In this document: piece after piece, positions 1 through 14,244 of the stretch
How positions within the stretch are numbered: position 1 is the stretch's first letter
Layout: every line of letters begins with the position of its first letter
Assembly: GCA_964016885.1 (NCBI GenBank)
Contig: OZ024740.1
Location: 138,012,001-138,076,000 of the forward strand
Source of the DNA: Eledone cirrhosa
Lineage: Eukaryota
Length of the DNA: 64,000 nt
Reading direction: 5' to 3'
The notes under the pieces: generated by a model
Databases searched by the model: none
Seen by the model: the letters and a program-made list of their open reading frames with translations, nothing else
Told to the model about the DNA's origin: nothing
Translations under genes and position numbers: made by a program

Positions 1-3000
1 TATCACTTTTCTCTCAATCTCCAATTCTCTCTTTCTCTTATCACTTTTCTGCCAATCTCCAATTCTCTCTTTCTCTTATCACTTTACTCTCAATCTCCAA
101 TTCTCTCTTTCTCTTATCACTTTTCTCTCAATTTCCAATTCTCTCTTTCTCTTATCACTTTTCTCTCAATCTCTAATTCTCTCTTTCTTTTATCAATTTT
201 CTCTCAATCTCCAATTCTTTCTTTCTCTAATCACTTTTCTCTCAATCTCCAATTCTCTCTTTCTCTTATCACTTTTCCCCCAATCTACAATTCTCACTTT
301 CTCTTATCACTTTTTCTCTCAATCTCCAATTCTCTCTTTCTCATATCACTTTTTTCTCAATCTCCAATTCTCTCTTTCTCTTATCACTTTTCCCCCAATC
401 TCCAATTCTCTCTTTCTCTTATCACTTTTCTCACAATCTCCAATACTCTCTTTCTCTTATCAATTTTCTCTCAATCTCCAATTCTTTCTTTCTCTTATCA
501 CTTTTCTCTCAATCTCCAATTCTTTCTTTCTCTTATCACTTTACTCTCAATCTCCCATTCTGTCTTTCTCTTATCACTTTTCCCCCAATCTCCAATTCTC
601 TCTTTCTCATATCACTTTTCTCTCAATCTCCAATTCTCTCTTTCTCTTATCAGTTTTCCCTCAATCTCCAATTCTCTCTTTCTCATATCACTTTTCTCTC
701 AATCTCCAATTCTCTCTTTCTCTTATCACTTTTCCTCCAATATCCAATTCTCTCTTTCTCTTATCACTTTTCTCTCAATCTCCAATTCTCTCTTTCTCTT
801 ATCACTTTTCTCTCAATCTCCAATTCTTTCTTTCTCTTATTACTTTTCTCTCAATTTCTAATTCTCTCTTTCTCTTATCACTTTTCTTTCAATCTCCAAT
901 TCTCTCTTTCTCTTATCACTTTTCTCTCAATCTCCAATTCTCTCTTTCTCCTCTCACTTTTCCCCCAATCTCCAATTCTCTCTCTTTCTCTTATCACTGT
1001 TCTCTCAATCTCCAATTCTCTCTCTCTTTTCTCACTTTTCCCCCAATCTCCAATTCTCTCTTTCTCTTCACACTTTTCTCCCAATCTGCAATTCTCTCTT
1101 TCTCTCATCAATTTTCTCTATATCTCCAATTCTCTCTTCCTCTTATCAATTTTCTCTTAATCTCCAATTCTCTCTTTCTCTTCTCACTTTTCCCCCAATC
1201 TCCAATTCTCTCTTTCTCTTATCACTTTTCTCTCAATCTCCAACTCTCTCTTTCTTTCATCACTTTTCTCTCAATCTCCAATTCTCTCTTTCTCTTATCA
1301 CTTTTCTCTCAATCTCCAATTCTCTCTTTCTCTTATCACTTTTCTCTCAATATCTAATTCTCTCTTTCTCTTATCACTTTTCTCTCAATCTCCAATTCTC
1401 TCTTTCTCTTATTACTTTTCTCTCAATCTCCAATTCTCTCTTTCTCTTATCACTTTTCTGCCAATCTCCAATTCTCTGTTTCTCTTATCACTTTACTCTC
1501 AATCTCAAATTCTCTCTTTCTCTTATCACTTTTCTCTCAATCTCCAATTCTTTCTTTCTCTAATCACTTTTCTCTCAATCTCCAATTCTCTCTTTCTCTT
1601 ATCACTTTTCCCCCAATTTACCATTCTCTCTTTCTCTTATCACTTTTCTTTCAATCTCCAATTCTCTCCTTCTCTTATCACTTTTCTGCCAATCTCCAAT
1701 TCTCTCTTTCTCTTATCACTTTACTCTCAATCTCCAATTCTCTCTTTCTCTTATCACTTTTCTCTCAATTTCCAATTCTCTCTTTCTCTTATCACTTTTC
1801 TCTCAATCTCTAATTCTCTCTTTCTTTTATCAATTTTCTCACAATCTCCAATTCTTTCTTTCTCTAATCACTTTTCTCTCAATCTCCCATTCTGTCTTTC
1901 TCTTATCACTTTTCCACCAATCTACAATTCTCACTTTCTCTTATCACTTTTTCTCTCAATCTCCAATTCTCTCTTTCTCATATCACTTTTTTCTCAATCT
2001 CCAATTCTCTCTTTCTCTTATCACTTTTCTCTCAATCTCCAATTCTCTCTTTCTCTTATCACTTTTCCCCCAATCTCCAATTCTCTCTTTCTCTTATCAC
2101 TTTTCTCACAATCTCCAATACTCTCTTTCTCTTATCAATTTTCTCTCAATCTCCAATTCTTTCTTTCTCTTATCACTTTTCTCTCAATCTCCAATTCTTT
2201 CTTTCTCTTATCACTTTTCTCTCAATCTCCCATTCTGTCTTTCTCTTATCACTTTTCCCCCAATCTCCAATTCTCTCTTTCTCATATCACTTTTATCTCA
2301 ATCTCCAATTCTCTCTTTCTCTTATCAGTTTTCCCTCAATCTCCAATTCTCTCTTTCTCTTATCACTTTTCTCTCAATCTCCAATTCTCTCTTTCTCTTA
2401 TTACTTTTCCTCCAATATCCAATTCTCTCTTTCTCTTATCACTTTTCTCTCAATCTCCAATTCTCTCTTTCTCTTATCACTTTTCTCTCAATCTCCAGTT
2501 CTTTCTTTCTCTTATTACTTTTCTCTCAATTTCTAATTCTCTCTTTCTCTTATCACTTTTCTTTCAATCTCCAATTCTCTCTTTCTCTTATCACTTTTCT
2601 CTCAATCTCCAATTCTCTCTTTCTCCTCTCACTTTTCCCCCAATCTCCAATTCTCTCTCTTTCTCTTATCACTGTTCTCTCAATCTCCAATTCTCTCTCT
2701 CTTTTCTCACTTTTCCCCCAATCTCCAATTCTCTCTTTCTCTTCACACTTTTCTCCCAATCTGCAATTCTCTCTTTCTCTCATCAATTTTCTCTATATCT
2801 CCAATTCTCTCTTCCTCTTATCAATTTTCTCTTAATCTCCAATTCTCTCTTTCTCTTTTCACTTTTCCCCCAATCTCCAATTCTCTCTTTCTCTTATCAC
2901 TTTTCTCTCAATCTCCAATTCTCTCTTTCTTTCATCACTTTTCTCTCAATCTCCAATTCTCTCTTTCTCTTATCACTTTTCTCTCAATCTCCAATTCTCT

Positions 3001-3345
3001 CTTTCTCTTATCACTTTTCTCTCAATATCTAATTCTCTCTTTCTCTTATCACTTTTCTCTCAATCTCCAATTCTCTCTTTCTCTTATCACTTTTCTCTCA
3101 ATCTCCAATTCTCTCTTTCTCTTATCACTTTTCTGCCAATCTCCAATTCTCTGTTTCTCTTATCACTTTACTCTCAATCTCAAATTCTCTCTTTCTCTTA
3201 TCACTTTTCTCTCAATCTCCAATTCTTTCTTTCTCTAATCACTTTTCTCTCAATCTCCAATTCTCTCTTTCTCTTATCACTTTTCCCCCAATTTACCATT
3301 CTCTCTTTCTCTTATCACTTTTCTTTCAATCTCCAATTCTCTCCT
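1..3345. repeat. Tandem duplication, unit 1,637-1,675 bp (43-44 monomers)
   Basis: gccaatc 51/1,688 (offset 1,637). Identical minus ORFs at 878/2,553 and ccccaatttacc 1,611/3,286 (offset 1,675). The offsets differ by exactly one monomer. Confidence 0.85.
876..1200. repeat. Example copy of the type I diverged cassette (6-8 monomers including one 40-bp monomer); about 39 copies between 0.9 and 39.1 kb
   Basis: The monomer order is fixed: ctcctctcac-ccccc with a +CT insertion, then ttttctcac-ccccc, ttcacac-...ctgca, ctcatcaatt-ctata, cttcctc-cttaa and cttctcac-ccccc. The count is a by-eye tally of the ctata marker (1,118; 2,793; 3,555; 3,975; 4,509 ... 38,181; 39,058). Confidence 0.88.
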
Positions 3346-6300
3346 TCTCTTATCACTTTTCGCTCAATCTCCAATTCTCTCTTTCTCCTCTCACTTTTCC
3401 CCCAATCTCCAATTCTCTCTCTTTCTCTTATCACTTTTCTCTCAATCTCCAATTCTCTCTTTGTTTTCTCACTTTTCCCCCAATCTCCAATTCTCTCTTT
3501 CTCTTCACACTTTTCCACCAATCTGCAATTCTCTCTTTCTCTCATCAATTTTCTCTATATCTCCAATTCTCTCTTTCTCTTATCACTTTTCTCTCAATCT
3601 CCAATTCTCTATTTCTCTCATCACTTTTCCCCCAATCTCCAATTCTCTCTTTCTCTTATCACTTTTCTCTCAATCTCCAATTCTTTCTTTCTCTTATTAC
3701 TTTTCTCTCGATTTCTAATTCTCTCTTTCTCTTATCACTTTTCTTTCAATCTCCAATTCTCTCTTTGTCTTATCACTTTTCTCTCAATCTCCAATTCTCT
3801 CTTTCTCCTCTCACTTTTCCCCCAATCTCCAATTCTCTCTCTTTCTCTTATCACTTTTCTCTCAATCTCCAATTCTCTCTCTCTTTTCTCACTTTTCCCC
3901 CAATCTCCAATCCTCTCTTTCTCTTCACACTTTTCCCCCAATCTCCAATTCTCTCTTTCTCTCATCAATTTTCTCTATATATCCAATTCTCTCTTCCTCT
4001 TATCAATTTTCTCTTAATCTCCAATTCTCTCTTTCTCTTGTCACTTTTCCCCCAATCTCCAATTCTCTCTTTCTCTTATCACTTTTCTCTCAATCTCCAA
4101 TTCTCTCTTTCTTTCATCACTTTTCTCTCAATCTCCAATTCTCTCTTTCTCTTATCACTTTTCTCTCAATCTCCAATTCTCTCTTTCTCATATCACTTTT
4201 CTCTCAATATCTAATTCTCTCTTTCTCTTATCACTTTTCTCTCAATCTCCAATTCTCTCTTTCTCTTATCACTTTTCTCTCAATCTCCAATTCTCTCTTT
4301 CTCTTATCACTTTTCCCCCAATCTCCAATTCTCTCTTTCTCCTCTCACTTTTCCCCTAATCTCCAATTCTCTCTCTTTCTCTTATCACTTTTCTCTCAAT
4401 CTCCAATTCTCTCTTTCTTTTCTCACTTTTCCCCCAATCTCCAATTCTCTCTTTCTCTTCACACTTTTCCCCCAATCTGCAATTCTCTCTTTCTCTCATC
4501 AATTTTCTCTATATCTCCAATTCTCTCTTCCTCTTATCATTTTTCTCTCAATCTCCAATTCTCTCTTTCTCTTATCACTTTTCTCTCAATCTCCAATTCT
4601 CTATTTCTCTTATCACTTTTCCCCCAATCTCCAATTCTCTCTTTCTCTTATCACTTTTCTCTCAATCTCCAATTCTTTCTTTCTCTTATTACTTTTCTCT
4701 CGATTTCTAATTCTCTCTTTCTCTTATCACTTTTCTTTCAATCTTCAATTCTCTCTTTGTCTTATCACTTTTCTCTCAATCTCCAATTCTCTCTTTCTCC
4801 TCTCACTTTTCCCCCAATCTCCAATTCTCTCTCTTTCTCTTATCACTTTTCTCTCAATCACCAATTCTCTCTTTCTTTTCTCACTTTTCCCCCAATCTCC
4901 AATTCTCTCTTTCTCTTCACACTTTTCCCCCAATCTCCAATTCTCTCTTTCTCTCATCAATTTTCTCTATATCTCCAATTCTCTCTTCCTCTTATCATTT
5001 TTCTCTTAATCTCCAATTCTCTCTTTCTCTTCTCACTTTTCCCCCAATCTCCAATTCTCTGTTTCTCTTCTCACTTTTCCCCCAATCTCCAATTCTCTCT
5101 TTCTCTCGTCACTTTTCTCTCAATCTCCAAATCTCTCTTTCTCTTATCACTTTACTCTCAATCTCCCATTCTGTCTTTCTCTTATCACTTTTCTCTCAAT
5201 CTCCAATCCTCTCTTTCTGTTATCACTTTTCTCTCAATCTCCAATTATCTCTTTCTCTTATCACTTTTCTCTCAATCTCCAATTCTCTATTTCTCTTATC
5301 ACTTTTCCCCCAATCTCCAATTCTCTCTTTCTCTTATCACTTTTCTCTCAATCTCCAATTCTCTCTTTCTCTTATCACTTTTCTCTCAATCTCCAATTCT
5401 CTCTTTCTTTCATCACTTTTCTCTCAATCTCCAATTCTCTCTTTCTCTTATCATTTTTCTGCCAATCTCCAATTCTCTCTTTCTCTTATCACTTTACTCT
5501 CAATCTCCAATTCTCTCTTTCTCTTATCACTTTTCTCTCAATTTCCAATTCTCTCTTTCTCTTATCACTTTTCTCTCAATCTCTATTTCTCTCTTTCTCT
5601 TATCAGTTTTCTCTGAATCTCCAATTCTCTCTTTCTCTTATCACTTTTCTCTCAATCTCCAATTCTCTCTTTCTCTTATCACTTTTCCCCCAATATCCAA
5701 TTCTCTCTTTCTCTTATCACTTTTCTCTCAATCTCCAATTCTTTCTTTCTCTTATTACTTTTCTCTCAATTTCTAATGCTCTCTTTCTCTTATCACTTTT
5801 CTTTCAATCTCCAATTCTCTCTTTCTCTTATCACTTTTCCCCCAATCTACAATTCTCACTTTCTCTTATCACTTTTTCTCTCAATCTCCAATTCTCTCTT
5901 TCTCATATCACTTTTTTCTCAATCTCCAATTCTCTCTTTCTCTTATCACTTTTCCCCCAAACTCCAATTCTCTCTTTCTCTTATCACTTTTCTCACAATC
6001 TCCAATACTCTCTTTCTCTCATCAATTTTCTCTCAATCTCCAATTCTTTCTTTCTCTTATCACTTTTCTCTCAATCTCCAATTCTTTCTTTCTCTTATCA
6101 CTTTTCTCTCAATCTCCCATTCTGTCTTTCTCTTATCACTTTTCCCCCAATCTCCAATTCTCTCTTTCTCATATCACTTTTCTCTCAATCTCCAATTCTC
6201 TCTTTCTCTTATCAGTTTCCTCTCAATCTCCAATTCTCTCCTTCTCTTATCACTTTTCTCTCAATCTCCAATTCTCTCTTTCTCTTATCACTTTTCCTCC

Positions 6301-9300
6301 AATATCCAATTCTCTCTTTCTCTTATCACTTTTCTCTCAATCTCCAATTCTCTCTTTCTCTTATCTCTTTTCTCTCAATCTCCAATTCTTTCTTTCTCTT
6401 ATTACTTTTCTCTCAATTTCTAATTCTCTCTTTCTCTTATCACTTTTCTTTCAATCTCCAATTCTCTCTTTCTCTTATCACTTTTCTCTCAATCTCCAAT
6501 TCTCTCTTTCTCCTCTCACTTTTCCCCCCAATCTCCAATTCTCTCTCTTTCTCTTATCACTTTTCTCTCAATCTCCAATTCTCTCTCTCTTTTCTCACTT
6601 TTCCCCCAATCTCCAATTCTCTCTTTCTCTTCACACTTTTCCGCCAATCTGCAATTCTCTCTTTCTCTCATCAATTTTCTCTATATCTCCAATTCTCTCT
6701 TCCTCTTATCAATTTTCTCTTAATCTCCAATTCTCTCTTTCTCTTCTCACTTTTCCCCCAATCTCCAATTCTCTCTTTCTCTTCTCACTTTTCCCCCAAT
6801 CTCCAATTCTCTCTTTCTGTCATCACTTTTCTCTCAATCTCCAATTCTCTCTTTCTCTTATCACTTTTCTCAAAATCTCCAATTCTATCTTTCTCTTCTC
6901 ACTTTTCTCTCAATCTCCAATCCTCTCTTTCTGCTATCACTTTTCTCTCAATCTCCAATTATCTCTTTCTCTTATCACTTTCCTCTCAATCTCCAATTCT
7001 CTCTTTCTCTTATCACTTTTCTGCCAATCTCCAATTCTCTCTTTCTCTTATCACTTTACTCTCAATCTCCAATTCTCTCTTTCTCTTATCACTTTTCTCT
7101 CAATTTCCAATTCTCTCTTTCTCTTATCACTTTTCTCTCAATCTCTAATTCTCTCTTTCTTTTATCAATTTTCTCTCAATCTCCAATTCTTTCTTTCTCT
7201 AATCACTTTTCCCCCAATCTCCAATTCTCTCTTTCTCTTATCACTTTTCTCTCAATCTCCAATTCTCTCTTTCTTTCATCACTTTTCTCTCAATCTCCAA
7301 TTCTCTCTTTCTCTTATCACTTTTCTCTCAATCTCCAATTCTCTCTTTCTCTTATCACTTTTCCCCCAATCTCCAATTCTCTCTTTCTCCTCTCACTTTT
7401 CCCCTAATCTCCAATTCTCTCTCTTTCTCTTATCACTTTTCTCTCAATCTCCAATTCTCTCTTTCTTTTCTCACTTTTCCCCCAATCTCCAATTCTCTCT
7501 TTCTCTTCACACTTTTCCCCCAATCTGCAATTCTCTCTTTCTCTCATCAATTTTCTCTATATCTCCAATTCTCTCTTCCTCTTATCATGTTTCTCTCAAT
7601 CTCCAATTCTCTCTTTCTCTTATCACTTTTCTCTCAATCTCCAATTCTCTATTTCTCTTATCACTTTTCCCCCAATCTCCAATTCTCTCTTTCTCTTATC
7701 ACTTTTCTCTCAATCTCCAATTCTTTCTTTCTCTTATTACTTTTCTCTCGATTTCTAATTCTCTCTTTCTCTTATCACTTTTCTTTCAATCTTCAATTCT
7801 CTCTTTGTCTTATCACTTTTCTCTCAATCTCCAATTCTCTCTTTCTCCTCTCACTTTTCCCCCAATCTCCAATTCTCTCTCTTTCTCTTATCACTTTTCT
7901 CTCAATCACCAATTCTCTCTTTCTCATATCACTTTTCCCCCAATCTCCAATTCTCTCTTTCTCTTCACACTTTTCCCCCAATCTCCAATTCTCTCTTTCT
8001 CTCATCAATTTTCTCTATATCTCCAATTCTCTCTTCCTCTTATCATTTTTATCTTAATCTCCAATTCTCTCTTTCTCTTCTCACTTTTCCCCCAATCTCC
8101 AATTCTCTGTTTCTCTTCTCACTTTTCCCCCAATCTCCAATTCTCTCTTTCTCTCGTCACTTTTCTCTCAATCTCCAAATCTCTCTTTCTCTTATCACTT
8201 TACTCTCAATCTCCCATTCTGTCTTTCTCTTGTCACTTTTCTCTCAATCTCCAATCCTCTCTTTCTGTTATCACTTTTCTCTCAATCTCCAATTATCTCT
8301 TTCTCTTATCACTTTTCTCTCAATCTCCAATTCTCTATTTCTCTTATCACTTTTCCCCCAATCTCCAATTCTCTCTTTCTCTTATCACTTTTCTCTCAAT
8401 CTCCAATTCTCTCTTTCTCTTATCAATTTTCTCTCAATCTCCAATTCTCTCTTTCTTTCATCACTTTTCTCTCAATCTCCAATTCTCTCTTTCTCTTATC
8501 ATTTTTCTGCCAATCTCCAATTCTCTCTTTCTCTTATCACTTTACTCTCAATCTCCAATTCTATCTTTCTCTTATCACTTTTCTCTCAATTTCCAATTCT
8601 CTCTTTCTCTTATCACTTTTCTCTCAATCTCTATTTCTCTCTTTCTCTTATCAGTTTTCTCTCAATCTCCAATTCTCTCTTTCTCTTATCACTTTTCTCT
8701 CAATCTCCAATTCTCTCTTTCTCTTATCACTTTTCCCCCAATATCCAATTCTCTCTTTCTCTTATCACTTTTCTCTCAATCTCCAATTCTTTCTTTCTCT
8801 TATTACTTTTCTCTCAATTTCTAATGCTCTCTTTCTCTTATCACTTTTCTTTCAATCTCCAATTCTCTCTTTCTCTTATCACTTTTCCCCCAATCTACAA
8901 TTCTCACTTTCTCTTATCACTTTTTCTCTCAATCTCCAATTCTCTCTTTCTCATATCACTTTTTTCTCAATCTCCAATTCTCTCTTTCTCTTATCACTTT
9001 TCTCTCAATCTCCAATTCTCTCTTTCTCTTATCACTTTTCCCCCAAACTCCAATTCTCTCTTTCTCTTATCACTTTTCTCACAATCTCCAATACTCTCTT
9101 TCTCTTATCAATTTTCTCTCAATCTCCAATTCTTTCTTTCTCTTATCACTTTTCTCTCAATCTCCAATTCTTTCTTTCTCTTATCACTTTTCTCTCAATC
9201 TCCCATTCTGTCTTTCTCTTATCACTTTTCCCCCAATCTCCAATTCTCTCTTTCTCATATCACTTTTCTCTCAATCTCCAATTCTCTCTTTCTCTTATCA

Positions 9301-12300
9301 GTTTCCTCTCAATCTCCAATTCTCTCTTTCTCTTATCACTTTTCTCTCAATCTCCAATTCTCTCTTTCTCTTATCACTTTTCCTCCAATATCCAATTCTC
9401 TCTTTCTCTTATCACTTTTCTCTCAATCTCCAATTCTCTCTTTCTCTTATCTCTTTTCTCTCAATCTCCAATTCTTTCTTTCTCTTATTACTTTTCTCTC
9501 AATTTCTAATTCTCTCTTTCTCTTATCACTTTTCTTTCAATCTCCAATTCTCTCTTTCTCTTATCACTTTTCTCTCAATCTCCAATTCTCTCTTTCTCCT
9601 CTCACTTTTCCCCCCAATCTCCAATTCTCTCTCTTTCTCTTATCACTTTTCTCTCAATCTCCAATTCTCTCTCTCTTTTCTCACTTTTCCCCCAATCTCC
9701 AATTCTCTCTTTCTCTTCACACTTTTCCGCCAATCTGCAATTCTCTCTTTCTCTCATCAATTTTCTCTATATCTCCAATTCTCTCTTCCTCTTATCAATT
9801 TTCTCTTAATCTCCAATTCTCTCTTTCTCTTCTCACTTTTCCCCCAATCTCCAATTCTCTCTTTCTCTTCTCACTTTTCCCCCAATCTCCAATTCTCTCT
9901 TTCTGTCATCACTTTTCTCTCAATCTCCAATTCTCTCTTTCTCTTATCACTTTTCTCAAAATCTCCAATTCTATCTTTCTCTTCTCACTTTTCTCTCAAT
10001 CTCCAATCCTCTCTTTCTGCTATCACTTTTCTCTCAATCTCCAATTATCTCTTTCTCTTATCACTTTTCTCTCAATCTCCAATTCTCTCTTTCTCTTATC
10101 ACTTTTCTGCCAATCTCCAATTCTCTCTTTCTCTTATCACTTTACTCTCAATCTCCAATTCTCTCTTTCTCTTATCACTTTTCTCTCAATTTCCAATTCT
10201 CTCTTTCTCTTATCACTTTTCTCTCAATCTCTAATTCTCTCTTTCTTTTATCAATTTTCTCTCAATCTCCAATTCTTTCTTTCTCTAATCACTTTTCCCC
10301 CAATCTCCAATTCTCTCTTTCTCTTATCACTTTTCTCTCAATCTCCAATTCTCTCTTTCTTTCATCACTTTTCTCTCAATCTCCAATTCTCTCTTTCTCT
10401 TATCACTTTTCTCTCAATCTCCAATTCTCTCTTTCTCATATCACTTTTCTCTCAATATCTAATTCTCTCTTTCTCTTATCACTTTTCTCTCAATCTCCAA
10501 TTCTCTCTTTCTCTTATCACTTTTCTCTCAATCTCCAATTCTCTCTTTCTCTTATCACTTTTCCCCCAATCTCCAATTCTCTCTTTCTTTCATCACTTTT
10601 CTCTCAATCTCCAATTCTCTCTTTCTCTTATCACTTTTCTCTCAATCTCCAATTCTCTCTTTCTCTTATCACTTTTCTCTCAATATCTAATTCTCTCTTT
10701 CTCTTATCACTTTTCTCTCAATCTCCAATTCTCTCTTTCTCTTATCACTTTTCTCTCAATCTCCAATTCTCTCTTTCTCTTATCACTTTTCTGCCAATCT
10801 CCAATTCTCTGTTTCTCTTATCACTTTACTCTCAATCTCAAATTCTCTCTTTCTCTTATCACTTTTCTCTCAATCTCCAATTCTTTCTTTCTCTAATCAC
10901 TTTTCTCTCAATCTCCAATTCTCTCTTTCTCTTATCACTTTTCCCCCAATTTACCATTCTCTCTTTCTCTTATCACTTTTCTTTCAATCTCCAATTCTCT
11001 CCTTCTCTTATCACTTTTCGCTCAATCTCCAATTCTCTCTTTCTCCTCTCACTTTTCCCCCAATCTCCAATTCTCTCTCTTTCTCTTATCACTTTTCTCT
11101 CAATCTCCAATTCTCTCTTTGTTTTCTCACTTTTCCCCCAATCTCCAATTCTCTCTTTCTCTTCACACTTTTCCACCAATCTGCAATTCTCTCTTTCTCT
11201 CATCAATTTTCTCTATATCTCCAATTCTCTCTTTCTCTTATCACTTTTCTCTCAATCTCCAATTCTCTATTTCTCTCATCACTTTTCCCCCAATCTCCAA
11301 TTCTCTCTTTCTCTTATCACTTTTCTCTCAATCTCCAATTCTTTCTTTCTCTTATTACTTTTCTCTCGATTTCTAATTCTCTCTTTCTCTTATCACTTTT
11401 CTTTCAATCTCCAATTCTCTCTTTGTCTTATCACTTTTCTCTCAATCTCCAATTCTCTCTTTCTCCTCTCACTTTTCCCCCAATCTCCAATTCTCTCTCT
11501 TTCTCTTATCACTTTTCTCTCAATCTCCAATTCTCTCTCTCTTTTCTCACTTTTCCCCCAATCTCCAATCCTCTCTTTCTCTTCACACTTTTCCCCCAAT
11601 CTCCAATTCTCTCTTTCTCTCATCAATTTTCTCTATATATCCAATTCTCTCTTCCTCTTATCAATTTTCTCTTAATCTCCAATTCTCTCTTTCTCTTGTC
11701 ACTTTTCCCCCAATCTCCAAATCTCTCTTTCTCTTATCACTTTTCTCTCAATCTCCAATTCTCTCTTTCTTTCATCACTTTTCTCTCAATCTCCAATTCT
11801 CTCTTTCTCTTATCACTTTTCTCTCAATCTCCAATTCTCTCTTTCTCATATCACTTTTCTCTCAATATCTAATTCTCTCTTTCTCTTATCACTTTTCTCT
11901 CAATCTCCAATTCTCTCTTTCTCTTATCACTTTTCTCTCAATCTCCAATTCTCTCTTTCTCTTATCACTTTTCCCCCAATCTCCAATTCTCTCTTTCTCC
12001 TCTCACTTTTCCCCTAATCTCCAATTCTCTCTCTTTCTCTTATCACTTTTCTCTCAATCTCCAATTCTCTCTTTCTTTTCTCACTTTTCCCCCAATCTCC
12101 AATTCTCTCTTTCTCTTCACACTTTTCCCCCAATCTGCAATTCTCTCTTTCTCTCATCAATTTTCTCTATATCTCCAATTCTCTCTTCCTCTTATCATTT
12201 TTCTCTCAATCTCCAATTCTCTCTTTCTCTTATCACTTTTCTCTCAATCTCCAATTCTCTATTTCTCTTATCACTTTTCCCCCAATCCTCAATTCTCTCT

Positions 12301-14244
12301 TTCTCTTATCACTTTTCTCTCAATCTCCAATTCTTTCTTTCTCTTATTACTTTTCTCTCGATTTCTAATTCTCTCTTTCTCTTATCACTTTTCTTTCAAT
12401 CTTCAATTCTCTCTTTGTCTTATCACTTTTCTCTCAATCTCCAATTCTCTCTTTCTCCTCTCACTTTTCCCCCAATCTCCAATTCTCTCTCTTTCTCTTA
12501 TCACTTTTCTCTCAATCACCAATTCTCTCTTTCTTTTCTCACTTTTCCCCCAATCTCCAATTCTCTCTTTCTCTTCACACTTTTCCCCCAATCTCCAATT
12601 CTCTCTTTCTCTCATCAATTTTCTCTATATCTCCAATTCTCTCTTCCTCTTATCATTTTTCTCTTAATCTCCAATTCTCTCTTTCTCTTCTCACTTTTCC
12701 CCCAATCTCCAATTCTCTCTTTCTCTTCTCACTTTTCCCCCAATCTCCAATTCTCTCTTTCTCTCGTCACTTTTCTCTCAATCTCCAAATCTCTCTTTCT
12801 CTTATCACTTTACTCTCAATCTCCCATTCTGTCTTTCTCTTATCACTTTTCTCTCAATCTCCAATCCTCTCTTTCTGTTATCACTTTTCTCTCAATCTCC
12901 AATTATCTCTTTCTCTTATCACTTTTCTCTCAATCTCCAATTCTCTATTTCTCTTATCACTTTTCCCCCAATCTCCAATTCTCTCTTTCTCTTATCACTT
13001 TTCTCTCAATCTCCAATTCTCTCTTTCTCTTATCACTTTTCTCTCAATCTCCAATTCTCTCTTTCTTTCATCACTTTTCTCTCAATCTCCAATTCTCTCT
13101 TTCTCTTATCATTTTTCTGCCAATCTCCAATTCTCTCTTTCTCTTATCACTTTACTCTCAATCTCCAATTCTCTCTTTCTCTTATCACTTTTCTCTCAAT
13201 TTCCAATTCTCTCTTTCTCTTATCACTTTTCTCTCAATCTCTATTTCTCTCTTTCTCTTATCAGTTTTCTCTGAATCTCCAATTCTCTCTTTCTCTTATC
13301 ACTTTTCTCTCAATCTCCAATTCTCTCTTTCTCTTATCACTTTTCCCCCAATATCCAATTCTCTCTTTCTCTTATCACTTTTCTCTCAATCTCCAATTCT
13401 TTCTTTCTCTTATTACTTTTCTCTCAATTTCTAATGCTCTCTTTCTCTTATCACTTTTCTTTCAATCTCCAATTCTCTCTTTCTCTTATCACTTTTCCCC
13501 CAATCTACAATTCTCACTTTCTCTTATCACTTTTTCTCTCAATCTCCAATTCTCTCTTTCTCATATCACTTTTTTCTCAATCTCCAATTCTCTCTTTCTC
13601 TTATCACTTTTCCCCCAAACTCCAATTCTCTCTTTCTCTTATCACTTTTCTCACAATCTCCAATACTCTCTTTCTCTTATCAATTTTCTCTCAATCTCCA
13701 AATCTTTCTTTCTCTTATCACTTTTCTCTCAATCTCCAATTCTTTCTTTCTCTTATCACTTTTCTCTCAATCTCCCATTCTGTCTTTCTCTTATCACTTT
13801 TCCCCCAATCTCCAATTCTCTCTTTCTCATATCACTTTTCTCTCAATCTCCAATTCTCTCTTTCTCTTATCAGTTTCCTCTCAATCTCCAATTCTCTCTT
13901 TCTCTTATCACTTTTCTCTCAATCTCCAATTCTCTCTTTCTCTTATCACTTTTCCTCCAATATCCAATTCTCTCTTTCTCTTATCACTTTTCTCTCAATC
14001 TCCAATTCTCTCTTTCTCTTATCTCTTTTCTCTCAATCTCCAATTCTTTCTTTCTCTTATTACTTTTCTCTCAATTTCTAATTCTCTCTTTCTCTTATCA
14101 CTTTTCTTTCAATCTCCAATTCTCTCTTTCTCTTATCACTTTTCTCTCAATCTCCAATTCTCTCTTTCTCCTCTCACTTTTCCCCCCAATCTCCAATTCT
14201 CTCTCTTTCTCTTATCACTTTTCTCTCAATCTCCAATTCTCTCT
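2860..14244. repeat. Near-identical direct block repeat, about 2,860-6,586 and about 10,518-14,244 (offset 7,658 bp)
   Basis: ORF starts 3,315/10,973, 3,461/11,119, 3,735/11,393, 4,745/12,403 and 5,776/13,434 all differ by 7,658, with almost identical translations. Confidence 0.9.
4320..10420. repeat. Tandem duplication, unit about 3,048 bp (80 monomers)
   Basis: ORF pairs 4,745/7,793 and 4,757/7,805, ctcgtcac 5,106/8,154 and atgctc 5,776/8,824 are all offset by 3,048. Confidence 0.87.

Noticed and set aside
1-38. Helically phased A/T tracts implying intrinsic curvature
   Set aside because: The tracts are short (TTTT, AA, AATT, TTT) with 7-13 bp spacing, and 38 bp is about 3.6 helical turns, so the phase is not maintained between monomers.
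1105-1130. TATA-like sequence (ctatat; tatatat at 3,976 and 29,652) upstream of the minus-strand micro-ORF
   Set aside because: It lies only about 10 nt from the ATG, too close for a TATA box, and is explained by two substitutions in ctcaatc.
4351-4362. CCCTAA / CCCCAA telomere-like hexamers (cccctaatc and cccccaatc variants)
   Set aside because: These are isolated single hexamers produced by 2-3 substitutions in the monomer and are never in tandem.
4800-5090. G-quadruplex from clustered GGGGG runs on the minus strand
   Set aside because: The G5 runs are at least 33 nt apart, far longer than canonical loops. Only weak two-tier structures using the adjacent GG are conceivable, and nothing here supports them.
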